DNA from: an uncultured delta proteobacterium
GTDB lineage: Bacteria > Desulfobacterota > Syntrophia > Syntrophales > UBA2192
DNA: 64,000 nt
Direction: 5' to 3'
NCBI GenBank assembly: GCA_963802225.1
Contig: CAWDHZ010000022.1
Location: 66,915-130,914 of the forward strand
The translations under genes were made by a program, and so were the position numbers. The notes under the pieces are model-generated. The model saw nothing but the letters and a program-made list of their open reading frames with translations, did no database searches and had not been told where the DNA came from. The number at the start of each line of letters is the position of its first letter. Position 1 is the first letter of the stretch. This document shows, piece after piece, positions 62,766-64,000 of this stretch.

Positions 62766-63080
62766 TCAACTTCTGGCCTTTTTGTTGAGTTGCCTCTTCT
62801 TGAGCCAGTGGATCAGCCCCGTCATCAGGACGGCACCGAGCGCCTTTCCCAGGATGGCGATCCCCACGTGGGGGGTCGGGAAGGAGAACAGCTTGCCGTC
62901 GGGATAGAACCAGGCCATCGCGATGTAGAGCACGCTGACCATGGCGGCCCCGGCGATCATGGCCTGGTCGAGCCTCTCCACCGACCAGCCGCAAAGGCCG
63001 CTGATCAGCCACTGGATCGGGTCGAGAAAGCCCGAGACGGTGTAGTAGGCCAGGGCCGTGAAGAGGTTCGGGTTGTCCAC
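62766..63080 (-). CDS. Small hypothetical membrane protein
   Basis: GTG start. 104 aa, about 3 TM segments, basic C-terminus. Confidence 0.5.
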   Translation of the reverse strand: MDNPNLFTALAYYTVSGFLDPIQWLISGLCGWSVERLDQAMIAGAAMVSVLYIAMAWFYPDGKLFSFPTPHVGIAILGKALGAVLMTGLIHWLKKRQLNKKARS

Positions 63081-63095
63081 GGGACTCGTCTCCTT

Positions 63096-63350
63096 TCAGG
63101 ATGCCTGCGACTGCAGCGTGCAGAGCCGTTTTGCGAGGGCCGCCACCGCCACGAGGCACCACACGGCCTCGAGGACGACGAACGGCATGAAGGCGATCAT
63201 CCACGAGGACCAGCCTGCCAGTCCCGCCCCGGCGATGTTCATCCCGATGTAGGCGAAACCGTCCTGGGCGATGAATTTGAACAGGCTCAGAAAAAAAGCC
63301 AGGAGCAGCAGGGCCACTCCCAGCGATCCGATCAACGTTGGCGCGTCCAT
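63096..63350 (-). CDS. Small membrane protein (resembles the CBU_0592 family)
   Basis: 84 aa. ...GVALLLLAFFL...Y..MNIAGAG...PFVVLEAVWCLVA... pattern. Confidence 0.5.
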   Translation of the reverse strand: MDAPTLIGSLGVALLLLAFFLSLFKFIAQDGFAYIGMNIAGAGLAGWSSWMIAFMPFVVLEAVWCLVAVAALAKRLCTLQSQAS

Positions 63351-63372
63351 GATGACACCTCTCAGCTCCTCC

Positions 63373-63864
63373 TTACATCTCCTTCACGGTCAGGTTGACG
63401 GAGCCCGTGTGCGACGTATCGGGCCGGGGCTTTCCCCTTTCATCGACCAGGGGCTGGCTCTCCAACGTGAAAAGGGTTGCCGTAACCGACTTGCGGCCCG
63501 ATTCGTCGAAGCGGGCCATGAAGGTCCGCTCCCATTTCTTCCCGGGCTCGATGGCCTGGACCCTGTAGAAGCGGGGTTCGCCCGCCTTCTTGCCCGTCTC
63601 CACGTATTGGAGCCGGACAGGCTCGGATTTCTCCATGCCGCGGTTCTCGACAGTTACGGTGACGTTGATTCGCTTTCCCTTTCGCACGACATGGGAAGTT
63701 GTGCCCTCGAGATTGATCTTCTTTTCCGATTCCTGGACGAAGAAGGGCCCTACCTTGACCTTGAGGTTGTTGTTTTCGGGTCCCGCCCCGTCAACCGGGG
63801 CAACGGCGGCAATCCCGATGAGGAACATCCCGGCAAGCATGAGGACGAGCAGTTCTCTTCGCAT
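63373..63864 (-). CDS. Secreted hypothetical protein
   Basis: Signal peptide MRRELLVLMLAGMFLIGIAAVAP. 163 aa, predicted beta-rich. Confidence 0.55.
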   Translation of the reverse strand: MRRELLVLMLAGMFLIGIAAVAPVDGAGPENNNLKVKVGPFFVQESEKKINLEGTTSHVVRKGKRINVTVTVENRGMEKSEPVRLQYVETGKKAGEPRFYRVQAIEPGKKWERTFMARFDESGRKSVTATLFTLESQPLVDERGKPRPDTSHTGSVNLTVKEM

Positions 63865-64000
63865 GGCTTCCTCCAGGTTGTGGTCTTTCCGTGAACCAAT
63901 TTACAGGGAACGGGGTGGAGGGTCAATAGTGGAAAACGCGGCCGCCGCCGGGAGAAGGGATCGTTTCACCCGGGTGGAGTGAAATAAGCTTTGCATATTG

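Overview
A 64-kb high-GC (about 60%+) chromosomal segment. Gene content suggests an anaerobic, probably syntrophic or sulfate-reducer-like deltaproteobacterium (Thermodesulfobacteriota-type); this taxon guess is inference only. All family calls come from motif recognition in the supplied translations; no searches were run.

Gene content, in order:
- a giant RTX Ca2+-binding repeat protein (251-9323)
- an hcp / ferredoxin / Crp-Fnr (HcpR-like) nitrosative-stress unit with a perfect FNR box
- a radical-SAM-methyltransferase fusion
- an AttEFGH-like ABC exporter cluster
- HydF next to a NuoE / 2Fe-2S / NuoF-GltD flavin oxidoreductase operon, preceded by a five-gene DRTGG / kinase-like / PHP module
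- a TetR-controlled beta-oxidation operon with a decayed tandem copy of the fadB/fadN-like gene
- CorA, a TRAP transporter, KpsF, and assorted membrane and lipid genes

No rRNA, tRNA, CRISPR array, transposase or integrase was recognised.

Two window-wide oddities stand out:
1. Fourteen inferred reading-frame breaks, all in the +1 (single-base-insertion-like) direction, clustered 4+4+3 in three loci.
2. Almost every intergenic spacer is built from a small shared vocabulary of degenerate 7-10-nt tandem repeats and palindromic modules, usually arranged as long imperfect hairpins.
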